From: a virus
Length of the DNA stretch: 64,000 nt
Direction: 5' to 3' (one strand)
Virus record (IMG/VR): IMGVR_UViG_3300042879_006196
Location: 283,393-347,392 of that record
This document shows, in pieces, positions 38,142-46,697 of the stretch. The notes under the pieces are model-generated. The model did not search any database and was not told the origin of the DNA. It was given only the letters and a program-made list of their open reading frames with translations. How positions within the stretch are numbered: the first letter of the stretch is position 1; each line of letters starts with the position of its first letter. A program made the position numbers and the translations under genes.

Positions 38142-38525
38142 GGGGCGCCCAGGCATTCGACAGAAGAGTATGGGTGTGCGTTGCATGTAGTGGGTGATTC
38201 TCCGGCCACTTCAAAAGAGAATCAAAAAATAAATGGCAAAAATGCTAAAAAGAATCGCAGAAATGGCTTTGGCTCTGCCCAAGCTGGCTTTGCAATGGTA
38301 GCCTAAGTGCTTCCTGGGGATACGTACAACCAAGCTAGTAGGGTGTCTATCTCTTAGAATAAAGTCTAGCTAAAAAACATCTATGATCGAATGATGTAAA
38401 AGCGATATGCAGATTGTGTGGATTTGTTATTTGTTCCTAACAATTTAAGAAAAAACAATAAACTAAACATGTAGTAACGTATATGACAGCTATTTTGGAA
38501 AGGGGTTCGACTCCCCTGCGCTCCA
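38142..38525 (+). ncRNA. ssrA: tmRNA (ssrA), one-piece form
   Basis: The 5' end GGGGCGCCCAGGCATTCGACAG matches the tmRNA consensus GGGG...GG.UUCGAC. The 3' end GGGGTTCGACTCCCC is a T-arm followed by GCGCTCC-A, which pairs with the 5' GGGGCGC and gives the G3:U70 wobble read by AlaRS. An internal ORF ending FAMVA-TAA could be the tag; the tag frame is not certain. Confidence 0.75.
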
Positions 38526-38599
38526 AACTTTATTAAGGTATTTTCAGAAATACTTAGATTCAAATAGGTTCAAATTGTGAATTTCCTTAATATAGGTTT

Positions 38600-39154
38600 G
38601 TGAACCACAAAAATTTAACACCTATATTCAAATTAAATAATCAGCTTTCACAAATAGAGAAAGTTAGTTTGGCTAATTTAATTGCTTTTCCAAATGATGT
38701 GGCACAAGATTTGTATGATGATATATTTAATACAAATGAAAACACTGCCATTGGCATGATTGTATTAAGCACTGGTTTTATTATTGGTGGATTTGTTATA
38801 AAAATAATCCCAGGCTACCAATCAATAGCGTTAAAAGAAATTATAATAAATCCAAAACTTAAATCACCGAAGCACACATCAAGAATGATTGACTATATAG
38901 GTGATTATGGTCTAGAAATTTTTGGGGAAAATTTCAAAGGCATATTTACAACCACGCTTTGTAATAAAAACAAAAAAGATCTGAATAACAAAAATTTTGT
39001 AAAAAGAAAAAGTATGTTAAATTCAGGAGCTATCACAGTTAAAGAATGTGCAAGAGTAAAAAATAATTTCATGCATTTCATTTACATTCCTTTCAATGGA
39101 GGACATGAATCGGATGAAGTTAAAGAAATTTTCTGGCAAATTGCGAAGAGCTAA
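38600..39154 (+). CDS. Hypothetical protein (possible acyltransferase fold)
   Basis: 184-aa ORF. Only a weak GNAT-like pattern. Confidence 0.3.
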   Translation: MNHKNLTPIFKLNNQLSQIEKVSLANLIAFPNDVAQDLYDDIFNTNENTAIGMIVLSTGFIIGGFVIKIIPGYQSIALKEIIINPKLKSPKHTSRMIDYIGDYGLEIFGENFKGIFTTTLCNKNKKDLNNKNFVKRKSMLNSGAITVKECARVKNNFMHFIYIPFNGGHESDEVKEIFWQIAKS

Positions 39155-39590
39155 CGTTCTCAAAGGAATAGCAATAATTTTGCTAGTTTGTTTATATAAC
39201 AGGCAACAACACCAATTTTTTATTATTGTCAATGGCACATCTATGGAACCCACCCTCAAAAACCACTCTTTAGTTTATGTTAATCACGATTTTAAATCTA
39301 TTGAAAAAGAAGACATAATTGTTGCTAATTGGAATAACGAGACTATAGTTAAAAGGGTTGTGGGTGTTGCTGGAGATAAATATGTTGCCAGTCTGTTTGG
39401 AGATTCTTTCACTCTTATTACCCAAGAATCACAATCTTCATTAAATTTCAAGCCATCAACAAATTTAATTCTTTCAACAATTCCTACAGGATATTATTTT
39501 GTCGAAGGCGATAATATTGATACCTCCTATGATTCGCAAGATTTCGGGTTGATTCCTAGATCAAATATCATTGCAAAAGTAATTTTATAA
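39096..39590 (+). CDS. lepB: Signal peptidase I (S26 family)
   Basis: N-terminal TM segment ILKGIAIILLVCLY, then NGTSMEPTL (the catalytic Ser box) and VKRVVGVAGD (box D). The true start probably lies downstream of 39096. Confidence 0.65.
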   Translation: MEDMNRMKLKKFSGKLRRANVLKGIAIILLVCLYNRQQHQFFIIVNGTSMEPTLKNHSLVYVNHDFKSIEKEDIIVANWNNETIVKRVVGVAGDKYVASLFGDSFTLITQESQSSLNFKPSTNLILSTIPTGYYFVEGDNIDTSYDSQDFGLIPRSNIIAKVIL

Positions 39591-39901
39591 TGTACAAAGT
39601 AATTATGTGGATAGAATTAGATTCAGAAGAATTAGATGTAATAACTGAAGCTTTGAAGCATTGTAATTTACATGGTATGAATTTTTTACTAAAATCGCAA
39701 TTAAATTCGCTTTCACCGCGTAATATAAAACATAGCAAAAAAAATGCTGTTAAAGCTGCTCAGATATATTTTTCTGCTGATGATTTGATGGTTGAAGATG
39801 ATTATGTTAAATGGACTGAAGAAGGTGATGCTCTTGTTATGTGCTGGCAAAAAGTTCCTAAAGAATTTATCGTGGAAGAAGATTGTGGTTGCGGTAAGTA
39901 A
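39590..39901 (+). CDS. Hypothetical protein
   Basis: 103-aa ORF. Confidence 0.3.
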   Translation: MYKVIMWIELDSEELDVITEALKHCNLHGMNFLLKSQLNSLSPRNIKHSKKNAVKAAQIYFSADDLMVEDDYVKWTEEGDALVMCWQKVPKEFIVEEDCGCGK

Positions 39902-40052
39902 ACACAAATTTACAATCTTAGGGTTGTTGGCATTGAGTCTTTTATTCATTGAAGATAAAGATTTATTTGTTGTCCTTTTAATTGGCTCAATGATTGCTAT
40001 TATTTACTCTTTTGTCAGGAATAAGCTTCATTGAATTAGAAATAAGTAAGAT

Positions 40053-40823
40053 ATGTCAATATTCATTAAGCCTTATACTCGTGAATATAGTGTTATTGAC
40101 CCAATTAAATCTGAATTTGATTCAAGTATAATCGTAAATAATAAAATTAAACCAGAATTAAGAGAAAAAATTTTAAAAGCTACAGAAAAAATTTCAGATT
40201 ATGTTGGACATGAGATAGATAAAATTTGGATTTTAGGTTCTTTACTTACTCATCAATATTCTGAAGATTCAGATTTAGATGTAACTTTTTTTTTGAAGGA
40301 TTCTCTAAACCCAGAAGATTACAAAGAGCTAAATAAAACGTGTGCTGATAAATTTAATGATAAGCTTTTTGTTGAAAAACATCCTATAAATTTCTTTTTT
40401 GCAAAACCAAAATTCTTGAAGTACAAATCAGATGCAATTTATGACTTGATTAATGAAAATTGGATTAAAAAGCCAGAAATTTTGTCAGAAGATGACGTTG
40501 AGGAAATAATTCGCAATTGCTCTTCGCTAGATGAATTTAATACAATATTAGAAGAATACACTAATTTAAAAAATCTATTAGAAAACTTTGAAGGTGACTC
40601 CTCACAAATGACTGAGATTTTGAAGCAAACAGTAAAAGTCTCTAAAATGTTCAATGAATTAAAAGACATCAGAAGAAAAGATTTTGAAAAAAAACCTGAT
40701 CCTAATTTGCCTTCAGCAAATTTCAGATGCAGTAATATAATTTTTAAATTATTAGAGCAATATGGTTTAGGGGATATCGTTAATGATGTCAGTGAGTTTA
40801 TTTCTTTTAGACTCAAAAATTAA
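40053..40823 (+). CDS. Nucleotidyltransferase-fold (Pol-beta superfamily) protein
   Basis: ILGSLLTHQYSEDSDLDVTFF matches the minimal nucleotidyltransferase motif hG[GS]-x9-13-DhD. Confidence 0.5.
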   Translation: MSIFIKPYTREYSVIDPIKSEFDSSIIVNNKIKPELREKILKATEKISDYVGHEIDKIWILGSLLTHQYSEDSDLDVTFFLKDSLNPEDYKELNKTCADKFNDKLFVEKHPINFFFAKPKFLKYKSDAIYDLINENWIKKPEILSEDDVEEIIRNCSSLDEFNTILEEYTNLKNLLENFEGDSSQMTEILKQTVKVSKMFNELKDIRRKDFEKKPDPNLPSANFRCSNIIFKLLEQYGLGDIVNDVSEFISFRLKN

Positions 40824-41363
40824 AACCACTGGAGCTGGAAATACACCTTGTTGAATTGTTTTGTTTTTTGTTCTAATAAAAAAACAGCATGATGCTAAAC
40901 CTGGCAATTTTATTGCATCATCAACCTTAAAATCTAAATATTCAGATATCATTTGATTGAAAGTGTGTTTGCTTGTAAATCCTAAAATGTAATTGCCATT
41001 TTTTTTTCTGCCAATATGAGAATGTGGTCCAGATAATATGTAATGGCTTGAAAACCCTTCTTCTTTGAAATTTTTTGTAGCCTGAAAATCTCTCACCAAT
41101 GTTGGACCTGCTTGAATCATTGTTTCGGTTTCTTCAATTTGAAAAATTGCTCTTTTTTTGTTGCCACTTATTTGACTTTTTATCTTTCCATTGTCTTTAA
41201 GGAAACCCAACGGATGTCCTTTGAAATTGTAGTTACAAGCTACAGCTAAACCTATAAAATTTTCATCTGGTGTCCAGTCGTATTCAATTCTATTTCTAAA
41301 AGTGTTTTTTGTAATTTCAATAAAACATTCTTCATCAGAATTTGTAATAATCTTGCACTCCAT
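40767..41363 (-). CDS. Hypothetical protein
   Basis: 198-aa ORF. Its start is divergent from clpP with an 18-bp gap. Confidence 0.35.
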   Translation of the reverse strand: MECKIITNSDEECFIEITKNTFRNRIEYDWTPDENFIGLAVACNYNFKGHPLGFLKDNGKIKSQISGNKKRAIFQIEETETMIQAGPTLVRDFQATKNFKEEGFSSHYILSGPHSHIGRKKNGNYILGFTSKHTFNQMISEYLDFKVDDAIKLPGLASCCFFIRTKNKTIQQGVFPAPVVLIFESKRNKLTDIINDIP

Positions 41364-41381
41364 GCGTATAATTATACAGAA

Positions 41382-41957
41382 ATGCTAATACCTTACGTTA
41401 TTGAAAAAACTGGCGAGAACGAACGCTCGTATGATTTATTTTCCAGATTGCTGAAAGATAGAATTATTATGCTTGGAAGTGGAGTGAATGAGCAAACTGC
41501 TAATGTTATCATTGCTCAAATGCTCTTTCTTGAAAAGGAAGATCCAAAAGCTGACATTCATTTTTACATAAACTCACCAGGTGGCTCAGTGTATGATGGA
41601 CTTGCAATTTATGATGTCATGCAGTTTGTATCTTGCCCTGTTGCTACCACTTGTTTTGGAGTTGCGGCGTCTATGGGAGCTGTACTCTTAGCTGGTGGAG
41701 AAAAAGGCAAAAGAAGAATTTTACCTAATTCTCGTGTGATGATTCATCAAGTTTCATCAGGATTTAGAGGCACTACCGCAGATATCAATGTCCAAGCGAA
41801 AGAAACTAATTTTCTCATGGATAAACTTATGCAAATACTTTCTGGTCATACTGGAAAAACTACCGAGCAAGTAAGAATAGATTGCGACCGTGATTATTGG
41901 ATGAGTGCTGAAGAAGCTCTTGAGTATGGTATTATAGACGAGATTATAAAGAAATGA
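41382..41957 (+). CDS. clpP: ATP-dependent Clp protease proteolytic subunit
   Basis: The ClpP blocks [32 protein letters not shown] (catalytic Ser), MIHQ (catalytic His) and the Asp region are all present. Confidence 0.85.
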   Translation: MLIPYVIEKTGENERSYDLFSRLLKDRIIMLGSGVNEQTANVIIAQMLFLEKEDPKADIHFYINSPGGSVYDGLAIYDVMQFVSCPVATTCFGVAASMGAVLLAGGEKGKRRILPNSRVMIHQVSSGFRGTTADINVQAKETNFLMDKLMQILSGHTGKTTEQVRIDCDRDYWMSAEEALEYGIIDEIIKK

Positions 41958-42031
41958 AAAAAGCAATAATTTTTGATTTAAATCTTTGATAAAATAAAGG
42001 ATTATTGCTATAATGTCAGAAAATATGAAGA

Positions 42032-43153
42032 ATGAAAGAAATTTTTTCAAAAATATCTGAACAAATAATGCATTCGCCAAATTTAAAACATTTAATTTTA
42101 GCCATTGGATTGAAATATAATACTTCAAATTACATTAAAGTTTCAAATTATATTAAAAACAATAATATTAATGATAGTCATTTCCCTCACCCAAAAGATA
42201 AATTAAAATATATTTCGAATGAAGTGTTTATAGAAGCATATCACAAATCAAAATCTCTTGGTGAACTTTTGTCTCAACTTGGATTAAATCACTCTTACTA
42301 TAAAAAATTGCATAAAAAAATTTTTGATTTGAAATTAGATGTTTCAAAATTTCAATTTGTTAAATGGTCTGAAGCTGAAATTGAGTGTCTCAAAGAAAAT
42401 TATCCTACTAAAACAGAAGATGAATTAAAAATTTTATTTCCTAACAGAACAATTGAAGGACTACAAAGATATGCTTGTTATTATAAAATTAAAAAAACAA
42501 AAAATAATGTTTCTTCTAATTTACGTATTCTTTTAAATAATAATTTAGAATCTTTATATTGGATAGGTTTTATTATGGCTGATGGTACAATTGATTTAAA
42601 ACGTGGCAGGTTGAAAATTTCTGTTGACAAAAAAGATGCAGAACATTTATTCAAGTTTAAATCCTATATTGAATGCGAAAATTCTGTGAAAAATTATTGT
42701 CAATCAAAAAACGCTTTTGGCATTAGTGATTTAAGTGAAATTTCTTTATACAATAAAAATGTTATTGAGAAAATCTCTGACAAATTTAATCTTAAACCAA
42801 AAAAAACATATAATCCTCCTGATTGTAAAATTTTTGAACAATTCGAAATTAATCAAATTTTGTCTTTGATTATAGGCTACATAGATGGAGATGGATGTAT
42901 TTATAAAAATAAAAATGGAAACATTGACATTAAAATAGTTAGTCACGAAAGTTGGATTTTTGTTTTTGAGTTTTGGCAAAAATGTATTGAAAAAAAATTC
43001 AAAACAAAAATTCCTTTTGCGAAAATAAATAGTTCAAAATTGTCACAAATAAATTTTAGCAAAAAACAAATTATTTTTGAATTAAAAAAGTTTGTTGAAG
43101 AAAATAATTTACCTGTACTCGAAAGAAAATGGAATAAAATTTCGTATAGTTAA
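42032..43153 (+). CDS. LAGLIDADG-family homing endonuclease (free-standing, two motifs)
   Basis: WIGFIMADGTI and IIGYIDGDGCI are two LAGLIDADG motifs about 100 aa apart. The N-terminal extension is very AT- and N/K-rich. Confidence 0.7.
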   Translation: MKEIFSKISEQIMHSPNLKHLILAIGLKYNTSNYIKVSNYIKNNNINDSHFPHPKDKLKYISNEVFIEAYHKSKSLGELLSQLGLNHSYYKKLHKKIFDLKLDVSKFQFVKWSEAEIECLKENYPTKTEDELKILFPNRTIEGLQRYACYYKIKKTKNNVSSNLRILLNNNLESLYWIGFIMADGTIDLKRGRLKISVDKKDAEHLFKFKSYIECENSVKNYCQSKNAFGISDLSEISLYNKNVIEKISDKFNLKPKKTYNPPDCKIFEQFEINQILSLIIGYIDGDGCIYKNKNGNIDIKIVSHESWIFVFEFWQKCIEKKFKTKIPFAKINSSKLSQINFSKKQIIFELKKFVEENNLPVLERKWNKISYS

Positions 43154-43155
43154 AT

Positions 43156-43677
43156 ATGAAAAATAATTTAAAAGCAATAGTTATGGACCTGGATGGAGTG
43201 GTTGTAAATAGCTCATCAAGGTTTAAAAGATTGAATCTTGATGCCTTTATTCGCAGAGATGCAAAAGCTTGGATAAAATCAGTGGAATGGTACAATGCTG
43301 ATTGCAGAGGCGATGAAGTGATTGATTTGGGTGTTGATTTACTTGAAATGCTATGCACATTTTACAAACCAGATTGTGTGTTTTTTATCACAGCTAGAGG
43401 GCATGGCGGATATAAACCCACTTTGCAATGGCTTAAAGATGAAGGGATTTGGAAAGAAGATTGTGTTTTGATTATGCAACCAGAAGATTTTGATAATTAC
43501 CACTTCTACACACAATCTGACCATGCTTCATATAAGAAAAAAGAAGCTCTGAAAATTATGGAAAATTATGAGATTGTGTATGCTGTGGACGATAGCGAAG
43601 ACAATGTTCAGGCATACAGAGATTTAAAAATTCCCACGCTGAAGTTTTGTGTGCCTATCGGAAGAGTGCTGGTTTAA
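43156..43677 (+). CDS. HAD-superfamily hydrolase (possible 5'-deoxynucleotidase-like)
   Basis: AIVMDLDGVVVNSS is HAD motif I. The protein is small and single-domain. The gene carries four copies of the ACACAATCT/AGATTGTGT motif. Confidence 0.5.
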   Translation: MKNNLKAIVMDLDGVVVNSSSRFKRLNLDAFIRRDAKAWIKSVEWYNADCRGDEVIDLGVDLLEMLCTFYKPDCVFFITARGHGGYKPTLQWLKDEGIWKEDCVLIMQPEDFDNYHFYTQSDHASYKKKEALKIMENYEIVYAVDDSEDNVQAYRDLKIPTLKFCVPIGRVLV

Positions 43678-43697
43678 TTTTTAATTTGGGTGAATGG

Positions 43698-44042
43698 ATG
43701 AGAAGAAAGATTAAAGATAGTGTGATTGAAAATTTAGAATGCGTTTGCCATTGTTTTTTAGCGCTATCTATGCTGATTAGTTTCTTCATTTCAATATTTT
43801 CTCTCCCTTCTTTTTTGCTAAGAGATATAGGACCTTTTACAAGAGACGTAGGAATAATTGCATTTATATGGTTCTTGATATCGCTTATATGTTTTAAAGT
43901 TAATGATACAAAAGGCTTCTTAAAATTTTTGCATAAAAGAAATGACAAAATAGATGAAGAAGAAAAAGCTAGACAGCAGGCTCTGCTTCTAGAAGCCGAA
44001 GAAAGAAACAGGGCTGAACTTCAGATTTGGGTGAATGGATGA
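43698..44042 (+). CDS. Small two-TM plus coiled-coil protein, tandem paralog 1
   Basis: MRRKIKDSVIEN..., two hydrophobic helices, a C-terminal EEEKARQQALLLEAEERNRAELQIWVNG, and a stop that overlaps the next start as ATGA. Confidence 0.5.
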   Translation: MRRKIKDSVIENLECVCHCFLALSMLISFFISIFSLPSFLLRDIGPFTRDVGIIAFIWFLISLICFKVNDTKGFLKFLHKRNDKIDEEEKARQQALLLEAEERNRAELQIWVNG

Positions 44043-44362
44043 GAAGAAAGATTAAAGATAGTGTGATTGATACTTTAGCAACCGTTTTGTTTTGCTTTCT
44101 TTTTCTATCTTGTCCGATTAGCTTTGTCATCTTTCTATGGTATGCCTCTGGGGACGTTTCTCCGTACATAACAGGAATTGCATTTATATATTTCTTGATA
44201 TCGCTTATAGGTAGTGCATTTTATAATATAGATGGCTCACTAAACTTTTTGCGTAAACGAAATGGCAAAATTGATGAAGAAGAAAAAGCTCAACTTCAAG
44301 CTAAAGCTCAAGCTGAAGCAGAAAGAACTAGAATTGAATCTCAGATTTGGGTGAGCGAATGA
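44039..44362 (+). CDS. Small two-TM plus coiled-coil protein, tandem paralog 2
   Basis: MRRKIKDSVIDT...AERTRIESQIWVSE. Same architecture as paralog 1 and an ATGA overlap at both ends. Confidence 0.5.
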   Translation: MRRKIKDSVIDTLATVLFCFLFLSCPISFVIFLWYASGDVSPYITGIAFIYFLISLIGSAFYNIDGSLNFLRKRNGKIDEEEKAQLQAKAQAEAERTRIESQIWVSE

Positions 44363-44685
44363 AAAGAAAGTTAACTGAAAAGACAGAAGCTGCTTTAATT
44401 CTCTTTCTTTTTATTTTCCTTTTGCTATCTATTTTGATTAGCTTTTGCATCTCTGTACGTTGGTTCTTTTGGTGCAATAACTGGAACGTAGCACTAATTG
44501 CATTTATATGGTTCTTGATATCGTACAAATGTTTTGTAGGTTTTATATGGAACGATGGCATCTCAGACTTTTTGCATTCAAGAAATGACAAAATAGATGA
44601 AGAAGAAAAAGCTAGACAGCAGGCTCTGCTTCTGGAAGCTGAAGAAAGAAACAGGGCTGAACTTCAGATTTGGGTGAATGAATGA
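44359..44685 (+). CDS. Small two-TM plus coiled-coil protein, tandem paralog 3
   Basis: MKRKLTEKTEAAL...EEEKARQQALLLEAEERNRAELQIWVNE. Its C-terminus is near-identical to that of paralog 1. Confidence 0.5.
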   Translation: MKRKLTEKTEAALILFLFIFLLLSILISFCISVRWFFWCNNWNVALIAFIWFLISYKCFVGFIWNDGISDFLHSRNDKIDEEEKARQQALLLEAEERNRAELQIWVNE

Positions 44686-44993
44686 AAGACGGAAAGTATA
44701 CAAAAGAAGATAAAAGATATATGGAAAGTATGTGGATTGACTTTGGTGTTATACTTGTGTTTGCTATTCCATGCTGTTCTAATATACCTGGATTAGAAAA
44801 TTATGGGATTATTACAGGAATAATTCCTATCGTACTTTTTTTTGGTGTGATATTTTTAATTCGAAAGTATGTGCGCACACACAATCAAAAGATAGATAAA
44901 GAATTTCAAGCTGAACAGGAGAAAAAGGAAGCTGAACTTCAAGCTAAAGCAGACAAAGAAAAAGCTAATTCTCAGATTTGGGTGATCGAATGA
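44682..44993 (+). CDS. Small TM plus coiled-coil protein, tandem paralog 4
   Basis: MKDGKYTKED...KEKANSQIWVIE, with ATGA overlaps. Confidence 0.5.
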   Translation: MKDGKYTKEDKRYMESMWIDFGVILVFAIPCCSNIPGLENYGIITGIIPIVLFFGVIFLIRKYVRTHNQKIDKEFQAEQEKKEAELQAKADKEKANSQIWVIE

Positions 44994-45382
44994 ATGAAAC
45001 TATTTGCTATATTTTTGTACCTATTTCTTTTTCTTTATTTTTTATTATTTTAGTAGGTTTTCTAAATCACTTTTCATTAATGGAAAACATTGAAGAAGAA
45101 GAAAAGAAAAAAACAATTAAAATGAGAGCAGAGGAAGAGAGAAAAAGACTTGAAATAGAAGCCGAAAAACTAAACTTGCACAACAAGCAATTAAAGCTTC
45201 ACCTAAAGATTTTGTTGAGCCAGTTCATGGAAAAAAGAATTAAAATAGAAGGAGAGAAAGCTCAACAGAAAGCTCGCCAGATTGCTCAACTTCAAGAAGA
45301 ACAACAAAGTCTTAGAATAAAGGCAGAAGAAGCTGAAGCAGAAAGAACTAGAACACAATCTCAGATTTGGGTGAATGAATGA
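44990..45382 (+). CDS. Small TM plus coiled-coil protein, tandem paralog 5
   Basis: MNETICYIFVPISF...AEAERTRTQSQIWVNE. The in-frame ATG at 44990 overlaps the preceding TGA. Confidence 0.5.
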   Translation: MNETICYIFVPISFSLFFIILVGFLNHFSLMENIEEEEKKKTIKMRAEEERKRLEIEAEKLNLHNKQLKLHLKILLSQFMEKRIKIEGEKAQQKARQIAQLQEEQQSLRIKAEEAEAERTRTQSQIWVNE

Positions 45383-45615
45383 TTTCGGAATTGTATTCTG
45401 TATTTTCGGAGATGGACTTCTTTTCTAAGTTTTGCTTTTGTTTTGCTCTCTTTATGCTTGCATTACTCGTGTGGTGTTTCTTTATAACATTTATTCGAGA
45501 AGAAGCAGAAGAAGCAGAAGAGAGAAAAAGACTTGAAAAACAGGCAGAAGAAGAAAAACTTAAAATTGAAGCCGAAGAAAGAATAAGAGCTAATTCTCAA
45601 ATATGGGTGATTTGA
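45379..45615 (+). CDS. Small TM plus coiled-coil protein, tandem paralog 6
   Basis: MISELYSVF...EERIRANSQIWVI. Last member of the array. Confidence 0.45.
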   Translation: MISELYSVFSEMDFFSKFCFCFALFMLALLVWCFFITFIREEAEEAEERKRLEKQAEEEKLKIEAEERIRANSQIWVI

Positions 45616-45657
45616 TTATGCAATTTTTCAATTTCAAGCGTATAAATAGGTGAGCAT

Positions 45658-46632
45658 ATGTTGAACAAAAATTTTTCAAACGAAGAGCTTCTTGAGCTTA
45701 GACGAAAGCACAAAGAAAAACTTGCACTTCAGGAGCAAGAAACCCAGGAATTGCAAAGAAGAAAAATAGAAGCAGAAAAAAAAGAAGAAGCTGACCGATT
45801 GACATTAACAATTAACAAACTCGTTAATTCATTATTTATTGAGTTTAACAAATCCTTTCAAAGATTTATCCTTACTGAGGATAAAAAATTTGCAATTCAA
45901 GTGGATAGTTCACATGCTGTTTCAACTCTGCTTCCTGGTAGTGAAAAATATAGCAATGTACCTTTTTTGATGCATGAAGCACTAGTTCGAAAAATCAACG
46001 ATACTTACCCAAAGCTCAAATTTTTGAGCTACGTACAACAAAACGCAAATAATACCTACTTTTCAATAGTTTTCGAGCCAATATTGCATAACATTATTCC
46101 CTGTGACATAATCTCAGAAACTCTGCCGAGATGGAAATCTATAAAGACTCTGCCACAATCTGGAAGTGTGTATGTATGTTACACTAATGTAACTGGCGAA
46201 ATAAGTATTCATAAATTTGAAGGAATTGATTTAAGTTCTTTAATCAAAAAGCCAGATTTGCTTCCCACTTTTTGGTTAGAAAAATTACCCAGTTTTAAGG
46301 CAAACATTTTAAGTGCTATAAACATAGTTGGTATGTTGTCATTATTATCAAATATTCCTTTGGTTGTAATTTCAAAGAATTTATTCATCGGGCTTGCTCT
46401 TGGCGCTATTGAAAGTATTGCAATGTTTGTTGCCAATCAAGTGCTCAAAAGCGACAGTATTGAGTCACAATATTCAGAAGATTTATCAAACTACCTTAAA
46501 AGTAATGAATATCTGGCTAATAAAGAGATTGTGTCTTGGTATGATGAATTACCAAAAGATTTTGTAGTAGATGAAAAAACAACCAAACAAAAAGCCTTAG
46601 CTGAGTTTGATAACATCGCAAACACAATCTAA
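45658..46632 (+). CDS. Coiled-coil N-terminus plus C-terminal membrane region protein (larger relative of the array proteins)
   Basis: 324 aa. CGTATAAAT lies 11 nt upstream of the ATG. The N-terminal E/K-rich coiled coil has the same composition as the array proteins' C-termini. Confidence 0.45.
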   Translation: MLNKNFSNEELLELRRKHKEKLALQEQETQELQRRKIEAEKKEEADRLTLTINKLVNSLFIEFNKSFQRFILTEDKKFAIQVDSSHAVSTLLPGSEKYSNVPFLMHEALVRKINDTYPKLKFLSYVQQNANNTYFSIVFEPILHNIIPCDIISETLPRWKSIKTLPQSGSVYVCYTNVTGEISIHKFEGIDLSSLIKKPDLLPTFWLEKLPSFKANILSAINIVGMLSLLSNIPLVVISKNLFIGLALGAIESIAMFVANQVLKSDSIESQYSEDLSNYLKSNEYLANKEIVSWYDELPKDFVVDEKTTKQKALAEFDNIANTI

Positions 46633-46642
46633 TCTTGCTTTG

Positions 46643-46673
46643 TTTTCCAGGTTTAACATTTTTCTAGTATAAT
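46643..46673 (+). promoter_or_regulatory. Repeated promoter-like element TTTTCCAGGTTTAACA-N9-TATAAT (also at 36947-36979 and 52297-52329)
   Basis: Three copies, each 25-60 nt upstream of a + strand gene start: the sigma factor gene, the OMP-like gene, and 52334. Confidence 0.45.
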
Positions 46674-46697
46674 TAACCAGGAAGTCAGAATTAAATA

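Noticed and set aside
38381-38563. ORF 38381-38563 on the minus strand.
   Set aside because: It lies antisense inside the tmRNA gene, which explains the region better.
43647-45615. The region looked at first like a CRISPR array or non-coding tandem repeat because of recurring roughly 320-bp units.
   Set aside because: The units are full-length ORFs with conserved protein-level features and ATGA-coupled junctions. There are no short direct repeats with unique spacers and no cas genes nearby.
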